64,000 bases of DNA from Macrostomum hystrix (GCA_950097015.1 CATNEN010000001.1:26536001-26600000), one strand, 5' to 3'. Shown: positions 44,726-58,092, counted from the stretch's first letter. Program-made: numbers and translations. Notes: generated from the letters alone by a model not told the origin.

Positions 44726-47700
44726 CTAAAATTAGATTACATAGACGGGTCGTGATCCCGTGATATTATAGAAATGGTCCTTACGGGTCAGTAAAACTTA
44801 CGACACGCCACTAATTGTACTCAATCACTACTCAACTGGGATTCTAATGGAATTCTAATCCTACTCAACTGGGATTCTAATGGAATTCTAATCCTTAGCA
44901 ACTGGGATTCTAACGGAATTCTAATCCTACTCAACTGGGATTCTTATGGAATTCTAATCCTACTCAACTGGGATTCTAATGGAATTCTAATCCTTAGCAA
45001 CTGGGATTCTAACGGAATTCTAATCCTACTCAACTGGGATTCTAATGGAATTCTAATCCTACTCAACTGGGATTCTAATAGAATTCTAATCCTACTCAAC
45101 TGGGATTCTATTAGAATTCTAATCCTACTCAACTGGGATTCTATTAGAATTCTAATCCTACTCAACTGGGATTCTAATGGAATTCTAATCACTACTTAAC
45201 TGGGATTCTAAAAGACTCCTAATCCTACTCAACTGGGATTCTCATGGAATTCTTATCCTACTCAACTGGGATTCTCATGGAATTCTAATCACTACTCAAC
45301 TGGGATTATAATGGAATTCTAATCCTTAGCAACTGGGATTCTAACGGAATTCTAATCCTTAGCAACTGGGATTCTAACGGAATTCTAATCCTACTCAACT
45401 GGGATTCTTATGGAATTCTAATCCTACTCAACTGGGATTCTCATGGAATTCTTATCCTACTCAACTGGGATTCTAATGCAATTCTAATCCTACTCAACTG
45501 GGATTCTAATGCAATTCTAATCCTACTCAACTGGGATTCTAATGAAATTCCAATCCTAAATATAATGTACAAGAATCGTTACCAAAGTCATCGGACTGTC
45601 TCGGCTCGGTCTGGCCCTTGCAGCAGTGCCGCCTCAGGACCTTCTTGTACACAAGCTGGCTGAGTCTGACGATGTGAATGATGAAGATGGCAGGCGGTGG
45701 CAGACAGGGCCGGTAGTAGTACTCCTTGATGAAGTCGTGCCGAATGTAGGACCAGTACTTAAAGCTGCTCGTCTGCATGCGGTCAAATGTGTTCCTGAAG
45801 GAAAATGGGATTTTTTAAACATATTTGATACTCAATCTCACTGTCGACTCTCATTTGGTGCATAAGAGCTGCATGACTCACCCGAACATGGCGATGAGCA
45901 GATTGAGCAGCAGTACATTGGTTCCCAGCATGTAGATACCCAGCATGATCAGCGTGACCACATACCTCACCGTGCTGGTCATCACCTCTGCGAACAGGAG
46001 AAATTAAGGAAATTACTCGGCACCCTTTGGTCACTAAATGCATATCACGGACGCCCAATCCATTCCACGGACACCCAATCCATTCCACGGACACACAATC
46101 CATTCCTCTGACACCCAATCCATTCCACGGACACACAATCCATTCCACGGACGCCCAATCCATTCCACGGACACCCAATCCATTCCACGGACACACAATC
46201 CATTCCTCTGACACCCAATCCATTCCACGGACACACAATCCATTCCACGGACGCCCAATCCATTCCACGGACACCCAATCCATTCCACGGACACACAATC
46301 CATTCCTCTGACACCCAATCCATTCCACGGACACACAATCCATTCCACGGACGCCCAATCCATTCCACGGACACCCAATCCATTCCACGGACACATAATC
46401 CATTCCACGGACACCCAATACATTCCACGGACACACAATCCATTCCACGGACGCCCAATCCATTCCACGGACACATAATCCATTCCACGGACACCCAATC
46501 AATTCCACGGACTCCCAATCCATTCCTCTGACACCCAATCCTCTGACACCCAATCCTCGGCCACCCAATCAATCCTCGTACACCCAATCCTCTGACACCC
46601 AATCCTCTGACACCCAATCCTCTGACACCCAATCCTCTGACACCCAATCCTCTGACACCCAATCCTCTGACACCCAATCCTCTGACACCCAATCCTCTGA
46701 CACCCAATCCTCTGACACCCAATCCTCTGACACCCAATCCTCTGACACCCAATCCATTCCACGGACACCCAATCCATTCCACGGACACATAATCCATTCC
46801 ACGGACACCCAATCAATTCCACGGACACCCAATCCATTCCTCTGACACCCAATCCTCGGCCACCCAATCAATCCTCGTACACCCAATCCTCTGACACCCA
46901 ATCCTCTGACACCCAATCCTCTGACACCCAATCCTCTGACACCCAATCCTCTGACACCCAATCCTCTGACACCCAATCCTCTGACACCCAATCCTCTGAC
47001 ACCCAATCCTCTGACACCCAATCCTCTGACACCCAATCCTCTGACACCCAATCCTCGGACACCCAATCCATTCCACGGACACCCAATCCATTCCACGGAC
47101 ACCCAATCCATTCCTCTGACACCCAATCCTCTGACACCCAATCCATTCCTCTGACACCCAATTCTCTGACACCCAATCCTCTGACACCCAATCCTCGGAC
47201 ACCCAATCCATTCCACGGACACCCAATCCATTCCTCTGACACCCAATCCTCTGACACCCAATCCATTCCTCTGACACCCAATTCTCTGACACCCAATCCT
47301 CTGACACCCAATCCTCGGACACCCAATCCATTCCACGGACACCCAATCCATTCCTCTGACACCCAATCCTCTGACACCCAATCCATTCCTCTGACACCCA
47401 ATTCTCTGACACCCAATCCTCGGACACTTGTAGCCCAGAATCCTCACCCTTGTCAATGTCCTCCAGTGAGAGCTCTCCGTACATCTGCCAGTAGGGGATG
47501 GTGATCATGTTCTTGATCATTGTGCCCGACAGCTTCTGGCTTTCGTCACGCAGCGACAAGGAGGCGACACCGAAGGCCAGCATGATGACCACCAGAATAG
47601 CGACGAAGAACACGACGTCGCTAAACTGAGAGGATTTCGATCACCTTTTTTTTAAATTCCAATCCTGCACAAATGGGATTCTAATGGAATTCTAATCTTA

Positions 47701-50700
47701 CTCAAATGGGATTCTAATGTAATCCTGATTCTGCTCAACTAGGAATCTAATGGAATCCCAATCCTACTCAACTGGGATTCTAATGAAATCCCAATCCTGC
47801 TCAACTGAGATTCTAATGAAATCCCAATCCTACTCAACTGAGATTCTAATGAAATCCCAATCCTACTCAACTGGGATTCTAATGAAATCACAATCCTACT
47901 CAACTGGGATTCTAATGTAATCCCAATCCTGCTCAACTGGGATTCTAATGGAATTCTAATCCTACTCAACTGGGATTCTAATGGAATTCTAATCCTACTC
48001 AACTGGGATTCTAATAGACTACTACTCCTACTCAACTGGGATTCTAATGAAATCCCAATCCTACTCAACTGGGATTCTAATGAAATCACAATCCTACTCA
48101 ACTGGGATTCTAATGTAATCCCAATCCTGCTCAACTGGGATTCTAATGTAATCCCAATCCTGCTCAACTGGGATTCTAATGTAATCCCAATCCTGCTCAA
48201 CTGGGATTCTAATGTAATCCCAATCCTGCTCAACTGGGATTCTAATGTAATCCCAATCCTGCTCAACTGGGATTCTAATGTAATCCCAATCCTGCTCAAC
48301 TGGGATTCTAATGGAATCCCAATCCTGCTCAGCTGAGATTCTAATGGAATTCCAATCCTACTCAACTGGGATTCTAATGAAATCCCAATCCTACTCAACT
48401 GGGATTCTAATGCAATCCCAATTCTGCTCAACTGAGATTCTAATGGAATCCCAATCCTACTCAACTGGGATTCTATTGGAATCCCAATCCTACTCAACTG
48501 GGATTCTAATGCAATCCCAATCCTACTCAACTGGGATTCTAATGCAATCCCAATCCTACTCAACTGGGATTCCAACGCATCTTCGAAGCCAATAATTTTA
48601 GCCACTGAGCAGCAGCAGTCAGTCCGCTCACCATCTCAATAATCATGAGCACCTTGGGTCCCAGTGTGTGGTGCACATAGTAGAACTGCATGAAGCGCAG
48701 GAAGAACAGTGCCAGGGTCACTGCGTACACGCACTGCACCCAGTCGCAGAGGCTGGGTGAGCACAACCGCATCACTACGCAGGTGATGAAGAGGCTGCAC
48801 AGGAGTAGGTCGAATTTATCCCAATAGGACATGCCCTTGAGCTTGGTTGTCAGGGAGCGGAAGTGTGAGAACTGACGCACTTCCTCAGCCATGAACTGCA
48901 GCACCCACATGAAGATAAACCATTCTGTCCAGTGCAGGGCTTTGTCGCAGCGCTGACCCAGCTCAACTAGCACAATGTAGGACAGCATGGACAGGAACAT
49001 CAGGGTGGAGAGGCAGTTCAGGATGCACTTCACCAGAGGAGACATGAAGAACAGCTGCAGGCAGGACAGGAAGGACAGGTTCATGAAGCCCTGGCGCTTC
49101 TGGTACAGGCTTTCCATGCGCATTTGCTGCCGAGTTTTCAGGCTGACTTCCAGCGATTCCACCACTTCGTCAACCATGATTGTCTCCAGGTATTCGCGAG
49201 TGTTCGGAGCGGCCTTGTCAACCACTTGAACCTCTTCGAGGACGTTCAGCAGCCGGGCTCTGTCCTGATTCTCCAGGGACACGGTGGACTGGTTGAGTTT
49301 GTCACGCTCCTGCTTGCACCAGTTGTGGATGTGCATGTAGTTGAATTTGCGGTGCGTCTTGAAGATCAGGAATGGCGTCAGGAAGGGCAGGAATAGGCAG
49401 ATGAGGATGCGCCAGGTGGCCGTGTTTGTCACCATGCCACCCATCCAGATCATTGTGAGAAGGTCCTAGCGGCGGTTGAAAATTTTGATGATTCATAAAA
49501 CAAGTTTTTTTGGTTATCACACATGTTCAGGCCTCTTATCACACATGTTCAGGCCTCTTATCACACATGTTCAGGCCTCTTATCACACATGTTCAGGGCT
49601 CTTATCACACATGTTCACGCCTCTTATCACACCTGTTTGTACCTCTTATCACACCGATCTGAAATCGAATCACACCTGATCTTAAATCGAATCACACCTG
49701 ATCAGAAATCGAATCACACCTGATCAGAAATCGAATCACACCTGATCAGAAATCGAATCACACCTGATCAGAAATCGAATCACACCTGATCAGAAATCGA
49801 ATCACACCTGATCAGAAATCGAATCACACCTGATCAGAAATCGAATCACACCTGATCTTAAATCGAATCACACCTGATCAGAAATCGAATCACACCTGAT
49901 CTTAAATCGAATCACACCTGATCTTAAATCGAATCACACCTGATCAGAAATCGAATCACACCTGATCTTAAATCGAATCACACCTGATCAGAAATCGAAT
50001 CACACCTGACCAGGCAGCTCACCTGCACAGAAGAGTGATGCATGAAGTCCAGGCATTCGCTGCCCTCAGCAATAGCCAGCGGGGTTTGACAATTCCACAT
50101 GGGCAGCTCCCGGATCAGGACAGCCTTGGTGATGTCGCGGTTTCTCTCGTAGCACTTGGCGAGAACGCCCAGCGCCAGTTCCTCGAAGCGCTGCGAGTCC
50201 GTCTCGAACACAGACTTCAGCTCCATCTCATCGTTGGCGTCGGCGTCATCTGCCATGTGCTGCAGCAGCAGGCGGCCAATCAGAGCGGTGCTTATCTGGT
50301 TCTTGCCGTTCTTCCAGAACAGCACGGCAAGGTCCATGTTGTGGCACAGGATGGCCCAGATGAACAGGTCCTGCAGGTTGAACTTGCGCTGGCCGTCACG
50401 CTTGCGCGGCGGGTAGAGCTCCTTGGTTGGGTCCACCGAGGGATTGTCGGCAAGGTAGGCTGCAAGGAGTTGATAAAATACTCAACATTCTCATCTGTGA
50501 GATTCCCCGGAAAAGCATTCCCGACGTCAGACGCACCTTCTGTGTAGATGTTGTCCAGCACATCGTTAGTCAGGGTCTTGATAATCCGACCAATCAGTAG
50601 CAGGATGTCCTTCGGATCGATGCCGCAGTTCTTGGAAAATTTGCTAGACTTTTGCGAGCCGCCGGAGCACTTGCAGGACTCCATGTTGTCCTGGAATCGT

Positions 50701-53700
50701 TTGAATCTAAACAATAAATCAGGAAAATACACAAACAGACAAAAAACAAACAAGAAATCAAGGGGTTGAGTGGCAAAGCGGTTAACGCGTTAGCCTTCGC
50801 ACCCAGGTCCATGAGCTCGACTGCGCGGCGAGGCCACATTCATTTGGGGCGCAGCCGCGGAGAGAAGGCTTGGGGGCTTGTCGTGCAATTCACACTCTTG
50901 AGGGCCAACCTCCAAGGCACAGTGAGAGTGTACACTGCCTGACGATGAGAAAGTCAGGGCAGATGTTCACACCTGTGTGAGCGTGTGCCTGTGTACGGTA
51001 TCTGTGTGCGTGTGTGCTCAGGAGTCAGCGAAATGAGCAGATGAGCAGAATGAGCAGAATAGCCTCCTCGCTGGCTGTGGATCTAGTGTCACCGCTAGAC
51101 AAACAAACAACAAACAACCAAACAGAAAAACAATAACAAACAAACAAACAATGAGAGTAAATAACTTTTCTCGATCAAAAGCAGCTCAAGTCTCACCCTG
51201 GTCTGCACAATTCGCGCCAGAAGTCTCTCAGACTGCTGAGTACCCTGCGTGATGAACTGAAATTGGAAACATCGAGACGTACTTTAAGAATAAAATTTCT
51301 AACATTAACTGAGCATCTAATTGTGTTAATAATTGTCTCACCTTAAGGTATAGACGTTCCATTCTCTCCCTGCTGAGCACATTCACAACCGAGACTCCGT
51401 AGTCCATGAAGAGTTCGATGAAGCCGAGCTGCTGGCACATCAGCGCCTTTGTGAACAGGCGGTTCATGTTCAGCTCGCGCAATTCGGACTCGCTGATGAC
51501 GGAGAAGATTTCTGACTCGGCGATGTCGGCTCTGTCCCAGGACATTGCCAGCACCACCTGCAATGGAATTTTGGGACGATTGATTGCTGGGTTAGCATTA
51601 ACAAGAAACTGTGCGCGCCTCAAGGTAGCGGGTCAGTGGCAGAGCGGTTAACGCGTTTGCCTCTCGCACCAAGGTCCCTGAACTCGATTCCGCGGCGAGG
51701 CCACATTCGTTTGGGGCGCAGCCGCAGAGAGAAGGCTTAGGGGCTTGTTGTGCAACTTACGCCCATGAGGACCAACCTCCAAGGCACAGTGAGAGTGTAC
51801 ACTGCCCGACGACGAGAAACTTAGGGCAGATGTACATACCTGTGTGAGCGTGTGTCTGGTACGGTAGTCTAGTGTCACCAAAAGATGTGCCATTGCCTGC
51901 AGATTTCTAAAGTCCTCACCTGCGTCATGATGTCGTCTTTGAAATCCTGGTGCCTGAAGACCAGGTACAGAACTGACCGGCTCAGGTCCGTGTCCTCCAG
52001 CGGGTCGAACACCGTCAGCAGGTCCATGGGGAACGAGTCCGGCGATTCGTAGGCGAACCTGAACAGCGCCCGCTCCAGGGCGCGCCTCTCGGACGGTCCA
52101 CTGGTGTTGACGAACTCGCCAATCAGGTCCTTGATCTTGGCTCGAACCTCGGCCTCCGACGGTCGGCTGGCTGGCGGCGCGCGCCGAACCGAGTTGGCCC
52201 AGACGAGCTGGTCGGCGGCCCGCCCGCTGCCCCGGACGGCGATCACCGGCGTGCCCTCCTGAGCGGCCTCCGCGGCGGTGTGCAGCGTGAACTTGCCGCC
52301 TTCCACGCAGAGCTGCACAACCGGCGGAATGCACGGCCTGCCGGACTTGGCGCCGATGGTTCGCATCTTCGTCACGACAAACTTCTCCAGCTCAGTTCGC
52401 AGCTGAATCTCCCGGCCGCTGCAGTTCTCGGAGCCGTCGTCAACCATGATGAAGTGCGTGTGGTTCTTGTCCAGCCGCTTCAGCAGGGAGTCTTTGTCCA
52501 GCTCGCCCTTCTCGTAGTCGTAGCGCCTCATGTGCTCGCCTGGCAGCGGCTCACCGCCCTGCGGTGAGGCGAATGGTAAAGCGATTTAAACAGTAGGACG
52601 CCGGTGTCCTGTGGTGGAGCTGCGCCTAATATTTAGGCTAGATCAGTGAAATTGGAGAAATTCGCGTCAGGGTGTCCATAGTTGCCTAGTTCCACCTGTT
52701 GTAGCCTTTTGAAGGTCCAGCAGTCCATCTAGATAAAGGTAGCTGACCACCGAAGACGGAGATGATGCGGGCATTTTCGGGTGACGTGCTGATAATCTTT
52801 GAAGGCCTGGCAAGGCCGCTCTGAGGCGCTGTGCTAATTCGTGGGAAAAATCAGAACTTCGGCCAGAACTATTGAATATCTCGACGTTCTAAAGAGCTGG
52901 CAACTTTATTATTGTTTCAGAAGATGCGAAGAATTCTCCCAAAATAATTGTCAGGGCAGGGAATTCCCCCATGGTAGTTCTACTGGTAAATGTAAAATAG
53001 TCACTTGACCATTTGGCTTGTGTGATGGTAGCTGGGGCATTTGAGGTTCAGGCTTTGGGAACTGTTGACCCAATTTCACCTTGGAGAAGGCGTCGTCATC
53101 CTCCAGCATGCTGTTGTTGTAGATGTTGCCCCAGGTGCTGATGCCGATGAGGTAGATGTTGCTCACATCGCTGCCAACGAAGCTGGCCCGCTCGAGCAGC
53201 TGGCCGAATTGACCAGCCACGCCAACATTGAAGCCGTGAGTGAATATCCACACCTCTGGGGATTGCGAATTGGAAACAGCGGTGGGTCAGGCATGCGGCA
53301 TGGAGGAATATGGGTCATAGAGGGATATGGGTCATGTAGGGATATAGGTCATGTAGGGATATGGGTCATGTAGGGATATGGGTCATGTAGGGATATGGGT
53401 CATGTAGGGATATGGGTCATGGAAAGATGTGGGTCACGGAGGGATGTGGGTCATGGAGGGATGTGGGTCATACAAGAATATGGGTCATGGAGGGATGTGG
53501 GTCGTACAGTAATATGAGTCACGGAGGGATATGGGTCATGTAGGGATATCGGTCATGGAGGGATATGGGTCATGGATGGATATGGGTCACGGAGGGATAT
53601 GGGTCATCGAGGGATATGGGTCTTATCGGTCAAGCAGTCCTGTGGGTCAGACAGTCTGGAGGGTCAGAGAGTCATGTGCGTCAGAGTCAGAGTAGAGTGT

Positions 53701-56264
53701 AAAAAATCGGAACTCACTCCTCACTCCAGCCGTGATGTTGAGCACAGCGGCTTTCAACTTCTCTGAGAATTTTCTGGAGAAGCCGAGAAAATTTCCGGCG
53801 CCGCCATTAACGCTGAGCACAAAGTCCGGATAGGGCAAGGCCCACTTGTCCTTGTCGGTGAGCAGGCTCCACAGAGCCTCCAGGTCTATGCCCGATGACT
53901 GCAGTCGGATGAACTGTCGGATTGCGGAGTGCTTTTGTACATTGTTGGTTGGAGTCTGGGGTAGAGGATGGGAGACTGCTATGTTAGAGGATAAGAGACT
54001 GGGGAAGAGGAAGGGAGACTAGGGAAGAGGATAAGAGACTGGGGTAGAGGATAAGAGACTGGGGTAGAGGATGGGAGACTGGGGTAGAGGATGGGAGACT
54101 GGGTAGAGGATGGGAGACTGGGGTAGATGATGGGAGACTGCTATGTTAGAGGATAAGAGACTGGGGAAGAGGAAGGGAGACTAGGGAAGAGGATAAGAGA
54201 CTGGGGTAGAGGATAAGAGACTGGGGTAGAGGATGGGAGACTGGGGTAGAGGATGGGAGACTGGGGTAGAGGATGGGAGACTGGGGTAGAGGATGGGAGA
54301 CTGGGTAGAGGATGGGAGACTGGGGTAGAGGATAAGAGACTGGGGTAGAGGATGGGAGACTGGGGTAGAGGATGGGAGACTGGGGTAGAGGATGGGAGAC
54401 TGGGTAGAGGATGGGAGACTGGGGTAGAGGATAAGAGACTGGGGTAGAGGATGGGAGACTGGGGTAGAGGATGGGAGACTGGGGTAGAGGATGGGGTAGA
54501 GGATGGAGTAGAGGATGGGGTAGAGGATGGAGTAGAGGATGGGGTAGAGGATGGAGTAGAGGATGGGGTAGAGGATGGTCGGGCTACCTTGGGGCAGTGG
54601 GCGCTGCGGACTCGACCGAATCCCCTGAACTTGATTTTTCCGTGTGCGTCGGTTGGCAGCCGCAGGCAGCAGGTGTTGCTGTCCCATTGCTGCGGCTGGC
54701 CCTCTGAGCCTTGAGTCTCGCGACTTGGCAGCGGAGTCATGGGGATGCCGCAGTCGGCGTGCCATCGCTCGTCACGGTTGCAACCGCAGATGCGCTCCTC
54801 ACTGCAATGGGAGCAGTGGAACACGACCATTGTCATGGGATCTGTGTGTGTGGATTACAGTGTCATGGGATCTGTGTGTGTGGATTACAGTGTCATGGGA
54901 TCTGTGTGTGTGGATTACAGTGTCATGGGATCTGTGTGTGTGGATTACAGTGTCATAGGATCTGTGTGTGTGGATTACAGTGTCATGGGATCTGTGTGTG
55001 TGTGTGGATTACAGTGTCATGGGATCTGTGTGTGTGTGGGTTACAGTGTCAGGGGATCTGTGTGTGTGGATTACAGTGTCATGGGATCTGTGTGTGTGGA
55101 TTACAGTGTCATGGGATCTGTGTGTGTGGATTACAGTGTCATAGGATCTGTGTGTGTGGATTACAGTGTCATGGGATCTGTGTGTGTGGATTACAGTGTC
55201 ATGGGATCTGTGTGTGTGGATTACAGTGTCATGGGATCTGTGTGTGTGGATTACAGTGTCATAGGATCTGTGTGTGTGGATTACAGTGTCATGGGATCTG
55301 TGTGTGTGGATTACAGTGTCATGGGATCTGTGTGTGTGGATTATAGTGTCATGGGATCTGTGTGTGTGGATTACAGTGTCATGGGATCTGTGTGTGTGTG
55401 GATTACAGTGTCATGGGATCTGTGTGTGTGTGTGGGTTACAGTGTCATGGGATCTGTGTGTGTGGATTACAGTGTCATGGGATCTGTGTGTGTGGATTAT
55501 AGTGTCATGGGATCTGTGTGTGTGGATTACAGTGTCATGGGATCTGTGTGTGTGGATTATAGTGTCATGGGATCTGTGTGTGTGGATTACAGTGTCATGG
55601 GATCTGTGTGTGTGGATTATAGTGTCATGGGATCTGTGTGTGTGGATTACAGTGTCATGGGATCTGTGTGTGTGTGTGGGTTACAGTGTCATGGGATCTG
55701 TGTGTGTGTGGGTTACAGTGTCATGGGATCTGTGTGTGTGTGTGGGTTACAGTGTCATGGGATCTGTGTGTGTGTGGGGGTTACAGTGTCATGGGATCTG
55801 TGTGTGTGTGGGTTACAGTGTCATGGGATCTGTGTGTGTGTGGGTTACAGTGTCATGGGATCTGTGTGTGTGTGGGTTACAGTGTCATGGGATCTGTGTG
55901 TGTGTGGGTTACAGTGTCATGGGATCTGTGTGTGTGTGGGTTACAGTGTCATGGGATCTGTGTGTGTGTGGGTTACAGTGTCATGGGATCTGTGTGTGTG
56001 GGGCTACTGTGTTTTTGACTAGTACTTGGAGTAGCAAATGGTTTTATGTTTAATATTGAATATTCGAAGATAACAGGTATCGTGACGGAATGTATATTTT
56101 TTTATCTATGGAATGCTACCTCTTATTTTTTGACGGGTTTAAAAAATGTCGGAAATCACAAGCGACACCCTGGTAACTCACCTTTCCTGGTTCTTTACGT
56201 ACTTGTTGCACCTGAGACGCTGGAAGTTGTCTCGGACAAACCTGTCCAGACGCGCTGTCGCCAT
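44619..56264 (-). CDS. TRPM: TRPM-family (melastatin) cation channel, whole spliced gene, ~1183 aa
   Basis: complement join(56264-56182,54801-54588,53913-53718,53255-53080,52558-51920,51557-51342,50690-50537,50459-50023,49465-48632,47625-47448,45987-45882,45794-45583,44725-44619)=3552 nt. MHR/SLOG motifs ([47 protein letters not shown]), [19 protein letters not shown]1-S6 with LGPKVLMI, pore [10 protein letters not shown]6 [15 protein letters not shown] domain WSYIR..LPPP. Confidence 0.92.
44822..45557. repeat. 33-bp minisatellite CTACTCAACTGGGATTCTAATGGAATTCTAATC
   Basis: ~22 copies in the last TRPM intron. Confidence 0.96.
45583..45794 (-). CDS. TRPM exon 12 (TRP domain)
   Basis: [28 protein letters not shown]. 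Confidence 0.9.
45882..45987 (-). CDS. TRPM exon 11 (S6)
   Basis: [18 protein letters not shown]. Confidence 0.92.
46046..47427. repeat. compound 20-bp GACACCCAATCCATTCCACG / 15-bp GACACCCAATCCTCT array
   Basis: fills the intron between the pore and S6 exons. Confidence 0.96.
47448..47625 (-). CDS. TRPM exon 10 (S5, pore)
   Basis: [27 protein letters not shown]. Confidence 0.92.
47658..48572. repeat. 33-bp minisatellite CTACTCAACTGGGATTCTAATG(A/G/T)AATCCCAATC
   Basis: ~27 copies, same family as 44822-45557. Confidence 0.96.
48632..49465 (-). CDS. TRPM exon 9 (pre-S1 to S4)
   Basis: [35 protein letters not shown]. Confidence 0.93.
49514..50009. repeat. two adjacent 22-bp arrays (TATCACACATGTTCAGGCCTCT; GATCAGAAATCGAATCACACCT)
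   Basis: fill a TRPM intron. Confidence 0.95.
50023..50459 (-). CDS. TRPM exon 8 (MHR4)
   Basis: [29 protein letters not shown]. Confidence 0.92.
50537..50690 (-). CDS. TRPM exon 7
   Basis: [13 protein letters not shown], donor GTGCGT, followed by a 77-nt intron. Confidence 0.8.
50762..51092 (+). mobile_element. SINE family A, copy 3
   Basis: same head and body, 3' truncated, in a TRPM intron. Confidence 0.85.
51342..51557 (-). CDS. TRPM exon 6
   Basis: [26 protein letters not shown]. Confidence 0.9.
51626..51905 (+). mobile_element. SINE family A, copy 4
   Basis: same head and body with an internal deletion. Confidence 0.85.
51920..52558 (-). CDS. TRPM exon 5
   Basis: [25 protein letters not shown]. 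Confidence 0.92.
53080..53255 (-). CDS. TRPM exon 4
   Basis: [20 protein letters not shown]. Confidence 0.9.
53300..53622. repeat. 17-bp minisatellite GGGATATGGGTCATGTA
   Basis: ~19 copies. Confidence 0.93.
53718..53913 (-). CDS. TRPM exon 3
   Basis: [23 protein letters not shown]. Confidence 0.9.
53955..54578. repeat. 20-bp GGGGTAGAGGATGGGAGACT then 12-bp GGGGTAGAGGAT array
   Basis: G-rich, fills the intron. Confidence 0.95.
54588..54801 (-). CDS. TRPM exon 2
   Basis: [17 protein letters not shown]. Confidence 0.88.
54832..56003. repeat. 30-34-bp minisatellite TGTCATGGGATC(TG)nGATTACAG
   Basis: ~37 copies with an internal variable (TG)n. Confidence 0.97.
56182..56264 (-). CDS. TRPM first coding exon (frame open upstream to an acceptor at 56336)
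   Basis: [23 protein letters not shown], donor GTGAGT. Confidence 0.7.
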
Positions 56265-57805
56265 CACTGCCTGTTCCCAGCTATCGCCTCGTGACCCCGG
56301 AGACAGCGAGACGGGACAGTCCTGTTTCTTCTTCTTCTGAGCAGCAAGCGGAGGGCAGGGCTCCAGGAGACAAAACTGAGATATGGGGAGACTTCTGACA
56401 GATTCAAAGTACAGCCTGAACCAGTTCCCTACGCTGAGGGATTGGAGCTGCTCAGGCCCTCGACAGCCTGCGCCTACAGGGATTGGCCCTCCAAGCCCTC
56501 GTACTCAGGTCTTCTCGCACAACTGCCCGCCCCGGAGACTCAGCGGGATCAATCCCTCCTCCTGCCCCCACCCCGGCCCGCTGCTCAGTGAAGCAGTCTC
56601 TAGCGCTCAGGATCCCGCCAAGTCTGCTCAAACTCTGCTCTCACACAAAAGTCTCTATTAGGAGGCTGTCTTTCCATCCCTTCAGGTCCCAACCCGCTCA
56701 GCAGTGAGAAAGGAGAAGGAAATTTGGCGCTGGGCGTGGCGTGGCGCAGGCGAGTTCGCGGGGGTGTGAGTTTTGTACATCTCCAGTCCGTCTAGCATAT
56801 CTCTATACTCTAGGCATCTCGTCTCAACCTGCGAGCTTGGGTAGTCCACATGGCATGTTGCATGCCTTCATCTGTCTAGAGTTACTATTTTTGCTCTCGC
56901 TGAGTTACTCAAGCTATTGGCTCTCTCTCCTACATGGTCATTTCTCGCTTCCCCTCTTCCCATTGTGGGCGGTGCAAATGTGTCAGTAATTGAAGTCTTG
57001 ACACAAACCTCTATCCAGGCGCATATCTCATATCCCATTGTATTTGGCTCGCTCACTACCCCACGCTGAAACTTTTACCTTTCTACCTTTTGTCACATTC
57101 CCAATGAGAAATTCCCACAATGCTGAGTTTAGGCGAGAACAGTTTTGTCACCTCCCCCCTCTCTCTCTCTCCGACCTTCAAGTACGCGCAAGGTAAAGAC
57201 CTGAAGCCAGTTTAAACTAGAAATACAGACACACGCTGAGAGGCCCCAACGACTTTAGACTGCTCTGTAGAATGTTTCTTAGAATCAAAACACTCTCTTC
57301 TCAACAGCTGCTCCCGCTGAGACACTTTCACTGACGCTCCACGACTGCACAATCCACCAATATTAATTTAGTCTTGCGTGAATTGCATTGCGTAGCGGTT
57401 TAGAGCAGAATGTGTGAAAAAAAAGTGAAAATAGGTAGGTTAATCTAATTGTAAAAACTTGCAGCACCCTTGCAAATATTTCAACAGAGCTCAAACAGAC
57501 AGGCTAAATTTCAGTTCTAGTAGTGTAGCTTCGTATCGTTTGGTGTTTTGTATAGGATACCTTCAGTTTAGTGGCAACTGTATTTTTCTCAGTATAGATC
57601 TAGCAAATACAAAGTGCTGCAGATCAAAGATAATTAGTACTCTTTATCTGAATCTGGCATGCCGTAGCTTATTAAGTCCAGTCTGTTTACATTTCCACTG
57701 TAACTGCAATCAAGATGTAAGTCATTTACTTTCCTTTTGGCTCCGTACCAAATTATCGTCCCCTTTAAGCTAACAGCTAATGCGTTCATACAATGGTCTA
57801 CGATG

Positions 57806-58092
57806 GGAGGTGAGTGGCAGAGCGATTAACGCGTTTGCCTCTCGCACCAAGGTCCCTGAGCTCGATTCCGCGGCGAGGCCACATTTATTTTGGGCGCAGC
57901 CGCGGAGAGAAGGCTTGGAGGCTTGTCGTGCAATTCACGCCCTTGAAGGCCAACCTTCAAGGCACAGTGACGATGAGAAAGTCAGGGCACATGTACACAC
58001 CTGTGAGCATGTGCCTGCGTACGGTATCTGTGTGCGTGTGTGCTCAGGAGTCAGTGAAACGGGCAGAATTGCCTCTCGCTGGCTACGGGTCG
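57806..58092 (+). mobile_element. SINE family A, copy 5
   Basis: same head and body, between DDX49 and TRPM. Confidence 0.85.

Noticed and set aside
54802-54845. ORF-track start MTMVVFH or a repeat-derived CACAG acceptor for TRPM exon 2
   Set aside because: Phase-incompatible with the upstream exon; CATTGCAG at 54802 fits
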